In this document: positions 37,315 to 48,875 of the stretch, in pieces
Layout of the letters: every line of letters starts with the position of its first letter
Position numbering within the stretch: the first letter of the stretch is position 1
NCBI GenBank assembly: GCA_963699545.1
Contig: CAVOUE010000006.1
Span: 128,001 to 192,000, forward strand
From: Nitrospirota bacterium
GTDB lineage: Bacteria; Nitrospirota; Thermodesulfovibrionia; Thermodesulfovibrionales; UBA9159
Length of the DNA stretch: 64,000 nt
Direction: 5' to 3'
Made by a program: the position numbers and the translations under genes
Notes under the pieces: generated by a model
Databases searched by the model: none
Told to the model about the DNA's origin: nothing
What the model saw: the letters and a program-made list of their open reading frames with translations, nothing else

Positions 37315-38349
37315 ATGAACCGCAGGGATTTTCTGAAGTATTCCGCAGCAACCGGGTATCTGATTGCAGCCGGAGAGGGATTGATAGACAGGCGTGATGG
37401 CAGAGGCTGCCACGGGTGTCACCGAAGTGGACAAATTGACGATTTGGGTCCTGGCAGACAACTATTATGACACTAATGAACCGGACACCAAAATCACGAA
37501 GCGCTACCGCTCAGTGGCCGGGAAATCGATTCACGCGCAACACGGTCTTTCTTATTATATCGAGACTGTTATCGGCGGAAAGACAAGCGCCTGCATGTTC
37601 GATTTCGGACTTGACCCTGCGGACGTGATGAGCAATATTGCGTTGCTGGGGCTTGATATTGGAAAGACAAATGCCTTCAGCCTGAGCCACGGCCATTACG
37701 ATCACTATACGGGCGCGGTCAGTATCCTCAAGCAGAACCAGTCGCGGATCGCCGCAGGGACACCATTTTATGTGGGCGAGGAGGCCTTTGCCCGGAGATA
37801 CACACTCCGCCCCGGAGCAACTGAACCTACAGACCTTGGACAACTGAGTAAAGAAGATATCGAAGCCCTTGGGCTAAAGGTTGTGGAGGCGAAAACCCCG
37901 GTTGAAATTGTTCCCGGTGCGTACTTTACCGGAAACATAGAGAGGGTCACGAGCTATGAGAAAGTGCCTGCGAGTTCATCAAATAAAGCGCGGCGAGAAG
38001 ATCGAATCACGACACTTTTCCGGGTGAGCAGGCTGTTTTCTTTAACGTAAAGGGAAAAGGCCTGGTGGTTCTTTCCGGTTGTGCGCATTGTGGAATCGTC
38101 AATACAGTCAAACAGGCGCAGAAAAGTGCCGGAACAGACAAGGTTCATGCGATAATGGGAGGGTTCCATCTGATTATTGCGAAGCCTGAGCTTATTCAGA
38201 GCACAGTTGCCGATATCAAAGCGATGAAGCCGGACTATATCGTGGGGACCCATTGCACCGGGTTCAGGGCGATGGTGGCTTTCAGCAGGGAAATGCCCGA
38301 CGCATTCACCCTGAATACGGCAGGAACAAAGTATACCTTTGGCGCATAG
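37315..38349 (+). CDS. Tat-exported MBL-fold metallo-hydrolase (frameshifts near 37390 and 37970-38030)
   Basis: MNRRDFLK twin-arginine signal; HGLSY, FDFG, LSHGHYDHYTG, SGCAHCG, GGFHL, HCTG. Confidence 0.82.
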
Positions 38350-38374
38350 GATTTTAAAGATAGGGACAATAACA

Positions 38375-38408
38375 CACAAGGGGAAGTCGAATACGACTTC
38401 CCCTTGTG
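38375..38408 (+). terminator. Strong hairpin downstream of MBL hydrolase
   Basis: Perfect 15-bp stem CACAAGGGGAAGTCG/CGACTTCCCCTTGTG with 4-nt loop. Confidence 0.65.
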
Positions 38409-38516
38409 AAGGTTTGCTCTTAAAAATCCGCATTTGTTTCAATTTCTGATACGTGTTGGCTCGTCGGTGAAAGCCGCACCCGCGATCCGGGCTCATGAGA
38501 TGCACTGAAGCCGGTT

Positions 38517-38891
38517 TTGTGCCATACTCCTACTATGGGAGGAAGAGAGCGGCTCTATCAGACCATCACTCTCGTTGTCATTGTTCTGTTCCTTGAACTT
38601 GCTCCATGGGAAGCAGGAGTGGCGTTCTCCCTGGGGGTGATGGTGAACATCTGGATTCACGCGAACATCTGGGTGGACCTCGGGCCCGTGCAAGAGATTT
38701 TTATCGCTCCCAACTACCACAGGGTCCATCACGGGGCACGGGGACTCTCGAACAAGAACCTCGGATTTATCCTGACCATCTGGGATAGAATGTTCGGTAT
38801 CTATGTCAGCCCACGGTCAGTGGGGAAGGACTTTGCCCTCGGTTTCATCCCGACACGGAACCGTCTTCTTCGCATGATCGTGGGTCTGTAA
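38517..38891 (+). pseudogene. Sterol desaturase / fatty-acid hydroxylase family, 5'-truncated fragment
   Basis: WIHAN, YHRVHH, N.G...IWDRMFG present; N-terminal His boxes absent. Confidence 0.7.
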
Positions 38892-38944
38892 GACTCCCGC
38901 GGGCGCTTATCTCACATCCGCCCTGTTTGCGAGGACACGTACTT

Positions 38945-38973
38945 CAGGAGTTCAACTCTCCTCCCCGGCTCCA
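38945..38973 (+). repeat. Second displaced tRNA-Thr 3' fragment (T-arm and acceptor)
   Basis: CAGGAGTTCAACTCTCCTCCCCGGCTCCA, nearly identical to the 3' part of 34586-34631. Confidence 0.8.
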
Positions 38974-39280
38974 GTTATTCTAAGCTTTGTCCACTGCCGA
39001 TTGACCGCTGGCTGTGCACTTTGTTTCACTTCGCTCGTACCGAGCATACTGTTCTGTATACTCCCGGTGGAAATATCTTTGATAGAAAGCTTTCCTCTGG
39101 TCCCACGGAATTCATATTAACTTCACACTTATAAGCTATCCTAGCCTTCTCAATTTACTTATGCCGGCTATAAAAGGAGGTGAACACTCTCTGTTTTGCT
39201 CTTCTCTGCGCACAGGAAGTCGAACGAACGGCATATTCCGTGTTTATCATGAACAAATAACATCAAAAAAGGAGGCTCGC

Positions 39281-39821
39281 GTGAAAAAGTTAACAGTGAT
39301 AGTGGCAGTAGTTTCCCTCGTTGCATTGGCAGCCGTTGCATATGGACAAATGGGCGGTCACAGTATGGGCTCAGGAATGCCGGGTGGCCCGGGAATGGGA
39401 TGTGGAATGATGGGCGGTGGCGGCATGAGTGGTCGGATGATGGAGCCCGAACATCAGATGTGGAGAACATCTTGAGAGCCTTAATCTTGATGAACAGCAG
39501 AAAACTTCCATCTCAGAAATGAAGAGCAGAATGATGAAGGAGGCGGTCAGGAGAATGGCAGACATGCGTATCGCCCACATCGAACAGAGGGACCTCCTCG
39601 CCAAAGACCCTGTGGATATGAAGGCAGTTGAAACAATAATGAAACAGACAGAGCTATTGAGGACCCAAATGCAGCTTTCCCGCATAAAGGCAATGGAAGA
39701 AGTCAAAACAAAGCTGACGCCTGATCAGAAGAAAAAGTTTAGAGAGACGATCGCGACCGGACCCATGGCGGGCGGAATGGGGATGATGCACTGCCAGGAG
39801 TGCCCCATGACAAAGGAATAA
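39281..39821 (+). CDS. Spy/CpxP-family periplasmic protein (frameshift near 39470)
   Basis: AGGAGG plus GTG start, signal peptide, Met/Gly-rich linker, LNLDEQQK and LTPDQK (LTxxQ) motifs. Confidence 0.8.
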
Positions 39822-39946
39822 GGCCAACCTTGTCTGCGAAACGATAAGGTCAGTTCTCTGAGAAACAAATCGGGGGAGAGGGGGAGAAGGACACACGCCC
39901 TCTCCCCTTTTCATATCCTCCGAGCATTCAACCCAGCGGATTACCC

Positions 39947-40361
39947 TCAGATGTATCGCGGATCCGCGGAATTAAATTCGGATGCGGAGCCTGATGCAAA
40001 ACTTTTCAGAATCTCCGGAATCTTGTTGTATTCGGTGAGTTTGTCGACAAGGAAATCCGCTTTTTCGGATACCCTCTTCTGATACCGGCAACAGGCCTCG
40101 CTGGTGAGCAGTATCACTGCAGGAACGGGGGTGATCTTTCTGATGCTCTTGATAATGTCAATGCCGAAATGCCATTGGGTCTTTGCGTCCATGAGAATGG
40201 CATCGGGTTTCATTATGCGTATGAATTTCAATGCGCTGAGAGGGTCTTTCGTCTCGCCGATAATCCGCACTCCGGGCAGTGTCAGAATGAGTTTTCTGAA
40301 CCACCGGCGAAAGAAAAGGAGACTCATCCACAATCATGATCCTCAGTTTCTTCATCTTCAT
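39947..40361 (-). CDS. Single-domain response regulator receiver (frameshift near 40315)
   Basis: RIMIVDESPF then IIGE..KPDAILMD..VILLTS..DK in a second frame. Confidence 0.7.
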
Positions 40362-40473
40362 GCCCTCCTGCTGATACAATGCTACAGGAAGAACATTGCT
40401 TTTCGATTAACTTCTGATTAATTTTTCTTAATGTCCCGTGCTGAAGCGTGAAAGTGCGAACCGGGAAAGGTAA

Positions 40474-42414
40474 TTACTGGAATCTGATCCGTTCTATCGC
40501 CATCGCGCCGAGGCGGGCAACGTTTTGAGAACCACCCGTTTTTCGGTGTTCATCGTTTTTTCGACTCCCCTTGAAATCAAATCCAGCGACCCCAATGATC
40601 TCCTCCCCTGACATCATGGGAAGGTAGTATGCTTTGGACTGCGGCAAGGTACCGGTGCCACGACCCGCTGACTGTTTGTTGAGCAAAACCCATGACGCCA
40701 CCCCGATCACCTGAGGGTTGACCTCAAATTCTGTGGTCTTGGCCCGGACAATCAGCTCTTCATTCTCCGGCAGAAAGATCGACCATTTCGCAGGGGAATA
40801 TCTCCAGCGTATGGCGAACCATGATGGAGAGGACCTGGTCGATGGTGTGAGCGGTCACCAGATCCCTGCTCAAACCGTAAAGCCCTATGTTCTTCAGCTC
40901 GCTCTGCTTGAGCATCTCGACTTTTCCGCGTAATTTGGACGCAAGATTGCTGATCACCACCACGACGATGATGTACACGATGAACGAAAAGAAGTATTGC
41001 ACATCGCCGACCGCAAGACTGAAGTGCGGGAGAGACAAAGAGGTAGTCAAAGATCAGAATGCTCGTGATCGCAGCCACGATGGATGGTCCCTTTCCCAGA
41101 TAGAGCGCACTCAAAATGACGGGCAACAAAAGCAGGAAGAGCAGATTGACCTCATTGAGAACGTGGGCGCAGGAGAAAGGCGATGAGCGACACAATGCCG
41201 ACGGCGAGAATACCGAGCGCGTAATTGATGGGCTGGAAAACGATAATATGCTTCTTGGGCATGAGCCTGGGATCGACCTTGGCATCCAGCAGATAGATGT
41301 CGATGTTGGGTGTTCTGGTCAGAAGTTTCTTGGGAACAGACTGAAAGAGTCCAAAACGAGGTTTCCCGATGACGATCTTGGTCACATTGTTGTTCCGCGC
41401 ATAGTCCGCCATCTCTTCCATCACATCACTTCCCTTGATCCAGACCAGGCGTGCTCCCAACTGTTTTGCCAGGTCCATCGCCTTATTCAGCCATTCTTTT
41501 TCCTTCTCGGAAAGCGTCTTGTGTCGTTCCGTCTCCACATAGAAAGCGATCCATTCCGCGTCCATATCGTTTGCGAGCCTGAACGCCGCGCGTATCAGTT
41601 TCTCCGCGTAAGGACTGGCAAATACCCCGGCAAGGACACGGTCCGTTGCAGACCACGGTCCCGCTATGGCATGGGCCCGCATATACGTGCGCATCTTCTC
41701 GTCCACGCTGCCTGCCACTGCCCGGAGCGCCAGCTGCCGGAGCGCCAGCAGGTTGCCGGGACGGAAAAATTTCTGCACCGCGCTGTCTGCCATGTCCTTT
41801 ACATAGACCTTTCCCTCATGGAGCCTTTTCAGCAGTTCCTCGGGCGGCAGATCGACCAGCTTGATCTCATCTGCTGCTTCAATGACGGTGTCCGGCACCG
41901 TCTCGCGCACACGGATATTCGTGATCTGATGGACGATATCGTTGAGGCTCTCCACATGCTGCACGTTCATAGTGGTATAGACATCGATACCCGCATTCAG
42001 TAGTCTCTTCTATGTCCTGATATCTCTTGGCATTACGAAGATTCGGGGCATCGGTATGGGCGAGCTCATCCACTAGCACCAGTTTCGGTTTGCGCGTCAG
42101 AACCTTTCCCGAGATCGACTTCCTTGAGCGGTATCCCCATATACTTGACGACGAGAGGCGGACAGGATCTCCAGGCCTTCCAGTAAGGCATCGGTCTCGG
42201 GTCTGCCGTGGGTCTCGACATAGCCCACCACCACGTCTATCCCTTCCTGTTTTCGCTGGCGCGCATCAAGAAGCATCGCATAGGTCTTTCCCACGCCGGG
42301 GGCAGACCCGAAGTAGATGGTCAGCTTGCCGCGCCCCTTTTGAGTTTCCTCTTTTTGGGCCAGATCGAGAAGCGCTTCAGGAGATGGTCTTTTGTACTCT
42401 TCGTCTTCAGCCAT
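40474..42414 (-). CDS. kdpD: KdpD-like sensor without histidine-kinase domain (several frameshifts)
   Basis: GSAPGVGKTYAML, VDELAH, NVQHVESLND, Usp domain, four-TM DUF4118-like segment, GAF; stops after AIERIRFQ. Confidence 0.85.
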
Positions 42415-42418
42415 ATGT

Positions 42419-42983
42419 TTATAACTTGTCCAGAGCGAGATTCAGTTTCAACACATTGACCCTTGGCACTCCGAGGAAGCCGAACTGGCGGTCTTCAATA
42501 TGCTCCTGTACCAGAGCACGCACTTTTTCTTCAGAAACCTTCCGTTCCTTTGCGATACGGGGGATCTGTATGAGCGCCGCTTCGGGGCTGATATTCGGGT
42601 CCAGTCCACTCCCGGACGCCATCACCAGGTCGGATGGAAGCTGCTCCTGGATGCCCGATTCCCGAAATGATTTTACCCGATCCGCAACCTGATTGATAAG
42701 ATCCTGATTGGTAGGCCCCAAATTAGATCCCACCCGACGCCATGGCATTGTACGGGAAATCCGAGGTTGCCGAGGGCCGAGGCCAGAAGTACTTCGGATC
42801 GGAAAAGGGCTGACCGATCAACGACGACCCGATTGGCACGCCATCGGCTCTATACATGATGCTCCCATTGGCCTGCTGCGGAAACATGAGTTGCGCCAGT
42901 AGCGTTACCGCTGCAGGATACAGGACTCCGGTCAACAACGACAATGCTACGAAGAGCAATACACCGTTCTTTATCTCTTTCAT
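42419..42983 (-). CDS. kdpC: K+-transporting ATPase subunit C (frameshift near 42730)
   Basis: FPQQANGS, IGQPF..YFWPRPSA, SNLGPTN, ASGSGLDPNIS, VNVLKLNLALD. Confidence 0.95.
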
Positions 42984-42996
42984 GACATTACTCCTT

Positions 42997-45060
42997 TCAA
43001 ATCAAGACATTTATCAATACGTCGATCAACTTGATCCCGGCAAAGGGGGCCAGAAGCCCTCCCACCCCATAAATCAAAAGGTTATAGACCAGCAGCTTTT
43101 CCGCAGGCATCGGCCGGTAAGGGGTCCCTTTCAATGCAAGGGGAATCAGCAGGGAATGATGATCGCATTGAAGATGACGGCCGAAAGGATAGCGCTGAAG
43201 GGGTTGGCCAGATGCATGACATTCAGAATCCCCAGCTGGGGGATAGACTGCGGCACAGGCGGCCGGGATGATCGCAAAATATTTTGCGACATCGTTTGCG
43301 ATGCTGAAGGTGGTGAGCGTACCCCGTGTCATCAGGATCTGCTTGCCGATCTCGACGATGTCCAGCAGTTTGGTCGGATTGCTGTCAAGGTCGATGATGT
43401 TGGCTGCTTCCCGTGCAGGCTGCGTTCCCGTGTTCATCGCCACCGCCACATCAGCCTGGGCAAGGGCAGGCGCGTCATTGGTGCCGTCGCCGGTCATGGC
43501 CACCATGTAACCCTGTTCCTGGTTTTCACGGATCAGCCTGAGCTTGTCTTCAGGCTTTGCCTGGGCCAAGAAATCATCAACCTGGGCTTCAGTAGCGATG
43601 GCCGCTGCGGTGAGAGGGTTATCTCCGGTGATCATGATCGTCTTGATCCCCATTCTTCTCAACTGAAGAAAGCGTTCCTGGATCCCGCCCTTTAAGATGT
43701 CCTTCAGATTTATGACGCCAAGGACTTCAGCATCACGACTGACGACCAGCGGGGTTCCTCCGGACTTGGCGATACCGGTAACATGGCTTTCCAGGTCATG
43801 CGGGATAGTTCCACCCGTGCTCTGCACAATACGCGCGATCGAGTCCCCCGCCCCTTTGCGATACGCGTGCCCATCTGCGTTCACCCCGCTTAACCTTGTT
43901 TCGGCGCTGAAGGGTACGGACTCGGCATTGTGCGGCAGTTCCCGCATGCGGAGCTCGTATTTCTGCTTGGCAAGCACTACGATGCTCCGCCCTTCCGGCG
44001 TTTCATCGGTGAGCGAGGCCATCAACGCCGCCTCAGCCAGTTCCTTTTCTGAATGGCCTCCCACCGGAATGAAAGAAACCGCCTGCCGGTTACCGAGCGT
44101 GATGGTTCCGGTCTTGTCCAGCAGGAGCACATTCACATCTCCGGCGGCCTCGATCGCCCTTCCGGACAGGGCTATCACATTTTTCTGGAAGAGGCGGTCC
44201 ATTCCCGCGATGCCGATGGCAGGCAGAAGGGCTGCAATGGTTGTCGGTATGAGACAGACAAATAATGCGACCAGCGCCACGAGCGTCACCGGCTGTCCCT
44301 GGCCCATCGCTTTCACGCTATAGATGGAAAGGGGGCTCAGATTGACCACGACAAGAAAGAAGACGACGGTCATGGCAACCAGGAGAACCTCCAGGGCTAT
44401 CTCATTGGGGGTCTTCCGGCGCTTCGCCCCTTCCACCAGTGAAATCATCCGGTCAAGGAAGGTCTCGCCGGGATTTGCGGTGATACGCACCACAATGCTG
44501 TTCGCTATTACTTGCGTCCCGCCGGTCACCGCGCTGCGGTCTCCTCCCGATTCCCTCACAACCGGCGCGGACTCACCGGTGACAGCGGCTTCGTTGACGA
44601 GCGCCGCGCCAGCGATCACTTCTCCATCACCGGCGATCATATCCTTCGCCTCCACGAGTATAATGTCGCCTTTACGGAGCTGGGTGGAGGGAACAAGCTC
44701 ATACGCTCCTCCCGGTTCAGGCTTTTTCAGCTTTTTCGCCATGATATCCTGCCGGGTCTTCCTCATGGACTCGGCACGCGCCTTGCCCCGTCCCTCTGCC
44801 AGGGATTCAGCAAATGTGGCAAAAATGACGGTCAGCCAGAGCCATACCGAAACAATTCCGGTAAACCAGGCCGGCTCCCCTTTTCCTGTAGCCAGATTGT
44901 AAATAAAATTAACTGTTGTGATCACGCTGCCGATCTCGACCGACAGCATGACCGGATTCCGCCAGAGGGCACGGGGATCGAGCTTCTTGAAGGAATCTAT
45001 AAAAGCCGCTTTCAGCAGCTTCGGATCAAAGATGCTTTTGCTTTCCATACGTTTCGCCAT
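42997..45060 (-). CDS. kdpB: K+-transporting ATPase subunit B
   Basis: [36 protein letters not shown]; a short off-frame patch at about 43150-43240 from compensating indels. Confidence 0.97.
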   Translation of the reverse strand: MAKRMESKSIFDPKLLKAAFIDSFKKLDPRALWRNPVMLSVEIGSVITTVNFIYNLATGKGEPAWFTGIVSVWLWLTVIFATFAESLAEGRGKARAESMRKTRQDIMAKKLKKPEPGGAYELVPSTQLRKGDIILVEAKDMIAGDGEVIAGAALVNEAAVTGESAPVVRESGGDRSAVTGGTQVIANSIVVRITANPGETFLDRMISLVEGAKRRKTPNEIALEVLLVAMTVVFFLVVVNLSPLSIYSVKAMGQGQPVTLVALVALFVCLIPTTIAALLPAIGIAGMDRLFQKNVIALSGRAIEAAGDVNVLLLDKTGTITLGNRQAVSFIPVGGHSEKELAEAALMASLTDETPEGRSIVVLAKQKYELRMRELPHNAESVPFSAETRLSGVNADGHAYRKGAGDSIARIVQSTGGTIPHDLESHVTGIAKSGGTPLVVSRDAEVLGVINLKDILKGGIQERFLQLRRMGIKTIMITGDNPLTAAAIATEAQVDDFLAQAKPEDKLRLIRENQEQGYMVAMTGDGTNDAPALAQADVAVAMNTGTQPAREAANIIDLDSNPTKLLDIVEIGKQILMTRGTLTTFSIANDVAKYFAIIPAACAAVYPPAGDSECHASGQPLQRYPFGRHLQCDHHSLLIPLALKGTPYRPMPAEKLLVYNLLIYGVGGLLAPFAGIKLIDVLINVLI

Positions 45061-45062
45061 GA

Positions 45063-46859
45063 CTAAACACCTCCAAGCATGATCATATGTTCAACGATCG
45101 GCCCAAGGGCAAGGACCGGGAAGAAGGTCAGGGCCCCGACGATCAGTATTACCGACACGAGCCAGAATATAAAGGGAAGCTGATCTGTCGGGAGAGTGCC
45201 CACACTGGGCGGAACATACTTTTTCCTGACCAGCGAGCCCGCCATGGCCAGGATCGCGATGGCGGGTCCAAATCTTCCCAGGAGCATGGCCACAGAACCC
45301 ATCAGGTTATAGAACACGGTATTTGCGTTCAGGCCGGCGAAGGCGCTGCCATTGTTGTTTGACATCGAGGCAAAGGCATAGAGCACCTCGCTCAGGCCGT
45401 GGGGACCGGGGTTGGCCATGGAACTCACGGCTGAAGGGGTTATCAGCGCTATGGCAACGAAGGGGAGGATCACCACCCCGGCGGTGAGAACCGTAATCAC
45501 CGACATCCACATCTCGGTGACCTCGATCTTCTTTCCAAGATACTCAGGGATCCGGCCGATCATGAGGCCGGCAGTGAAGACCGCGATAATGACAAAGGCA
45601 AGCATCGTGTAGAGACCCGACCCCACTCCTCCAAAAACAACTTCGCTCAATAGCATGAGCATCAGGGGGACCATTCCGCCGAGTGGCGTCAATGAATCAT
45701 GCATGTTATTCACTGCCCCGCACGAGGTTCCGGTAGTTGCACTGGCGAACAAGGCCGACCATCCGGTCCCGAAACGGACCTCCTTGCCTTCCATATTGGC
45801 ACCCGGGACACCCAGCTTCTGAAGTAGAGGATTGCCATTATACTCTGCCCAGTAGAGGACCCCGACTGCCAGGATCAAAAGGAACATCATCGCTGTATAG
45901 ATAGCCCACCCTTGCCGTTGCTTGCCGACCATGCGGCCGAACGTATTTGTCAGCGCAGCAGGGATCGAGAGGATCAAGAGGATTTCGAGAAAATTGGACA
46001 GGGGTGTCGGGTTCTCATAGGGATGCGCCGAGTTGGCATTGAAGAAACCGCCCCCGTTCGTCCCAAGCTCTTTGATCACCTCCTGAGAGGCAACCGGTCC
46101 CATGGGCAGGGTCTGTTCCTTCACTGTCACCTTCTCGGTGACGGCCTGTCCTTTTTCGTCCTTGACCGGGTTGCCCTCCGCGTCAAGTTTAGGCTTGTCA
46201 TAGCTTGTTGCCTCTACCAGCTGGGCTGTCTTGTAAGGACTGAAGTTCTGGATTGCGCCCTGCGAAACCAGCACAAGCGCTGCTACGAGTGATATCGGCA
46301 GCAGGATATAGAGAACGCTCCTGGTCAGATCAACCCAGAAATTGCCTATGGTTTCTGCTGTCCTGCGGGCAAGCCCTCGAATGAAGGCAATGACGACAGC
46401 CATTCCTGTTGCGGCTGATACGAAATTCTGTACTGTCAGCCCTGCTGCTTGAGTAAGATAACTGGCAGCTGATTCACCGCTGTATGCCTGCCAGTTTGTG
46501 TTGGTGACAAAACTCACGGCTGTATTGATCGCCAGATGCCAGGAGAAGGCCGGAAACTTACTGGGGTTAAGCGGCAGATATCCCTGCAGCATGAGAATGC
46601 TCAAAAGCACAACAAGGCCTAACCCATTAAAGATGAGCATCGCCGAGGCATATTGCTTCCAGTTCATTTCAGCATCAGATCCGATACCTGAGATCCTGTA
46701 AACGATCCTTTCGATCGGACCAAGGACCGGGCTGAGAAAAGTTCTTTCTCCCTCGTATACCCTCTTCATAAATCCGCCGAAAGGCTTTGCCAGGAGCGTT
46801 AGCACTGCTAACAGCGCAACGATCTGAACAATGTCAAAAGTCATACCAGTGTTTTGCAT
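45063..46859 (-). CDS. kdpA: K+-transporting ATPase subunit A
   Basis: [51 protein letters not shown]. Confidence 0.97.
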   Translation of the reverse strand: MQNTGMTFDIVQIVALLAVLTLLAKPFGGFMKRVYEGERTFLSPVLGPIERIVYRISGIGSDAEMNWKQYASAMLIFNGLGLVVLLSILMLQGYLPLNPSKFPAFSWHLAINTAVSFVTNTNWQAYSGESAASYLTQAAGLTVQNFVSAATGMAVVIAFIRGLARRTAETIGNFWVDLTRSVLYILLPISLVAALVLVSQGAIQNFSPYKTAQLVEATSYDKPKLDAEGNPVKDEKGQAVTEKVTVKEQTLPMGPVASQEVIKELGTNGGGFFNANSAHPYENPTPLSNFLEILLILSIPAALTNTFGRMVGKQRQGWAIYTAMMFLLILAVGVLYWAEYNGNPLLQKLGVPGANMEGKEVRFGTGWSALFASATTGTSCGAVNNMHDSLTPLGGMVPLMLMLLSEVVFGGVGSGLYTMLAFVIIAVFTAGLMIGRIPEYLGKKIEVTEMWMSVITVLTAGVVILPFVAIALITPSAVSSMANPGPHGLSEVLYAFASMSNNNGSAFAGLNANTVFYNLMGSVAMLLGRFGPAIAILAMAGSLVRKKYVPPSVGTLPTDQLPFIFWLVSVILIVGALTFFPVLALGPIVEHMIMLGGV

Positions 46860-46886
46860 ACTCACCCCCAAAAAAGAAGTTTCCAG

Positions 46887-47189
46887 TTATCTTGCAAATC
46901 TGCATTCGATCTTAAATTCGGTTACGTTTCGCTCGCTCAGCTTGTTATTGATGTGCCTGGTCACCCATTCAAGCACGTCTTTCTTCGCTTCAGAGACCTC
47001 GAAAGCAAATTTCGCCGTCTGCTCTTCCTGCATTCCTCTTTCGTGGTCTTTAATGCACACAGTATGGATGGTACAAACAGTAGCGCTCATGCCGGGCTTC
47101 ACGTCTTCCGGCATCGGTGAAGTGGCCGACGCATTGCCGACGAGCCCGAACAAGACGCTCATGCATATTAAGATTGAGATTTTCTTCAT
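46887..47189 (-). CDS. Small secreted hypothetical protein in the kdp operon
   Basis: GAGGGAG RBS, signal peptide ending ASA, three Cys in the mature part. Confidence 0.65.
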   Translation of the reverse strand: MKKISILICMSVLFGLVGNASATSPMPEDVKPGMSATVCTIHTVCIKDHERGMQEEQTAKFAFEVSEAKKDVLEWVTRHINNKLSERNVTEFKIECRFAR

Positions 47190-47295
47190 TTTTGTTCTCC
47201 CTCAATTTCACTCAAACGAACAAGGCCCGTTGCAAGACCATTGCTATGGTTGTTCAGCGAGTCCTTCCTCTTCGCGAAACCTGCTGACTTTCGTT

Positions 47296-48444
47296 CTACC
47301 ATGAGTACATCACACCAAGAGCGATGGTGTCCTGGCTTTTCTTTGTGCTGCCGCCGCTGCCGCCGGGAAATGATTCCGCGTTCGACCAGTCATGCCTGTA
47401 TTCAGGCCTCACGAGCAGGTTCTTCGCAACCACGAACTGAGGCGTCAGCGTTATCTCTTTCACCCTCTGTGCCGTTCCGGTCCGCGCGCCGTCCTGGTCG
47501 TTGAAATACTCACCTCTGAGGGCAACACTGAACCAGTCGTTCACGTCATACTTTCCGATGACCGCCCAGCCGTACCACTTCGCCTCTCCCCCGTCAGGCA
47601 CCGAATGCTGGTCCGTGCCGTAATCGATGTTGAGGATGAACGAGAGATTCTTCACCGGCTTCACGGTACCTATCCAGTCCAGGAGGAACCTGTTGTCATG
47701 GTTATTGTCCGGCTTTTCCGGACCATACATGACATTGAAAAGCATGGAGAGCTGTTCCATTGGCGTAACACCCAGAGACAATCCGACGCTCTTTCCCTTG
47801 TTGTTGTCATTCGTGTCATCCCAGCCATTCACAAGAAATAAGGCCCCATTGAACGCATCGCTGAACGGGTAACTGACCTTGAACCCCGTATGGGTGAACG
47901 GGACCGCATAGTTGAACAGAAATGAACGCGAGTAATTCGGATTGTCCCGGGCCTCAATGACCTCGGCCCCAAAGTAGGTGGCAAACTTCCCGAAATCAAA
48001 TCTCAATCCCTTGCCCACAGGTGCGGTGTAGCTTACATACGCCTCAGTGAGGTCAAACACGTCATCACTGCTGCCGAGACCATTTGAGTGAATGAACTTT
48101 GCCGTTTCCCCCACCGACAGCTTCAACTTGAAGCCCAGGCCGCCGACGGCAGGTTCTTTCAGGAACTGCAGCTGGGCAAGGTCTACAAGAAAGCTGTTTG
48201 CCTGCTGGTCAAATACCCTTAACCCGTTCTCTTTGTTTGCCGGGTTCTCAAAATTATAGGTATACCCCCCCTGAAGATAGATGCTCATACCGAGGGCATT
48301 CTTGATGTCTTCCGCTGTCATAGCCGGCTTTTTCTCTTCGGCGCTGGCCCCTGAAACAAACACACACAATGCCAGACACAACAAACTCATTGCCAAAAAT
48401 CCCTTCTTCATTCTGCTTCCTTCTTTCAATTCAGCAATTTTCAT
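47296..48444 (-). CDS. Putative outer-membrane beta-barrel porin (BBP2/DUF1597-like)
   Basis: Signal peptide; GKFATYFGAEVI..NPNYSRS..PFTHTG, NGWD, LRGEYFND, RPEYRHD, C-terminal W. Confidence 0.82.
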   Translation of the reverse strand: MKIAELKEGSRMKKGFLAMSLLCLALCVFVSGASAEEKKPAMTAEDIKNALGMSIYLQGGYTYNFENPANKENGLRVFDQQANSFLVDLAQLQFLKEPAVGGLGFKLKLSVGETAKFIHSNGLGSSDDVFDLTEAYVSYTAPVGKGLRFDFGKFATYFGAEVIEARDNPNYSRSFLFNYAVPFTHTGFKVSYPFSDAFNGALFLVNGWDDTNDNNKGKSVGLSLGVTPMEQLSMLFNVMYGPEKPDNNHDNRFLLDWIGTVKPVKNLSFILNIDYGTDQHSVPDGGEAKWYGWAVIGKYDVNDWFSVALRGEYFNDQDGARTGTAQRVKEITLTPQFVVAKNLLVRPEYRHDWSNAESFPGGSGGSTKKSQDTIALGVMYSW

Positions 48445-48558
48445 TTCTTCTCCTTTTCCTTCTTCTCCAATGATAGCGCATAATTCGATGGCTTCATAGG
48501 GGCTTACCTTTCACGCGGCACAAATCCTCCTTTCGGGAGGGGCAGGAAAGCAGAAAAT

Positions 48559-48587
48559 AAAAAACCGCCCAAGGCAAGGGGCGGTTT
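48559..48587 (-). terminator. Intrinsic terminator, expression platform of the riboswitch
   Basis: AAACCGCCC..GGGCGG followed by a T-run on the minus strand. Confidence 0.85.
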
Positions 48588-48605
48588 AATTTCAGCCTTT
48601 TGCCC

Positions 48606-48732
48606 TTCCAAACGCCTACGAGGTTAGCTGACGGGCTCGGGCCTGGAAGTGCCCTTTTCCCGGGTATCCCGGAAAATACGCCCCAAATGCTTGGGTCCCC
48701 CGCATCCATTCTTTGAATGGATCTCGGCTGCT
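48606..48732 (-). ncRNA. c-di-AMP (ydaO/yuaA) riboswitch
   Basis: GCCGAGATCC..GCGGGGGACCCA..TTGGGGCG..CCCGAGCCCGTCAGCTAACCTCGTAGGCG on the minus strand, upstream of the kdp operon; TTGACA-17-TATTAA promoter at 48745-48773. Confidence 0.92.
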
Positions 48733-48875
48733 ATGTAATTTTTATTAATATCACTCGCCAAAAAAATTGTCAAGAGAAATCGGTCATTTTTCTTGAAGCC
48801 CGCTATAACCCATTGATTACTTGCGGCAATTCATATGCTCATAAAAGCATTCACCGGCTTATGAGGAGCTGTTCT

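Larger units (their letters stand above)
31798..38973. mobile_element. Degraded tandem genomic islands at tRNA-Thr
   Basis: tRNA 3' fragments at 34586-34631 and 38945-38973, two integrase stubs, TA cargo, and AT-richer sequence at about 33-34.6 kb. Confidence 0.75.

Noticed and set aside
46860-47296. kdpF upstream of kdpA
   Set aside because: No roughly 30-aa hydrophobic ORF with the YL.YAL..PE.F pattern was found
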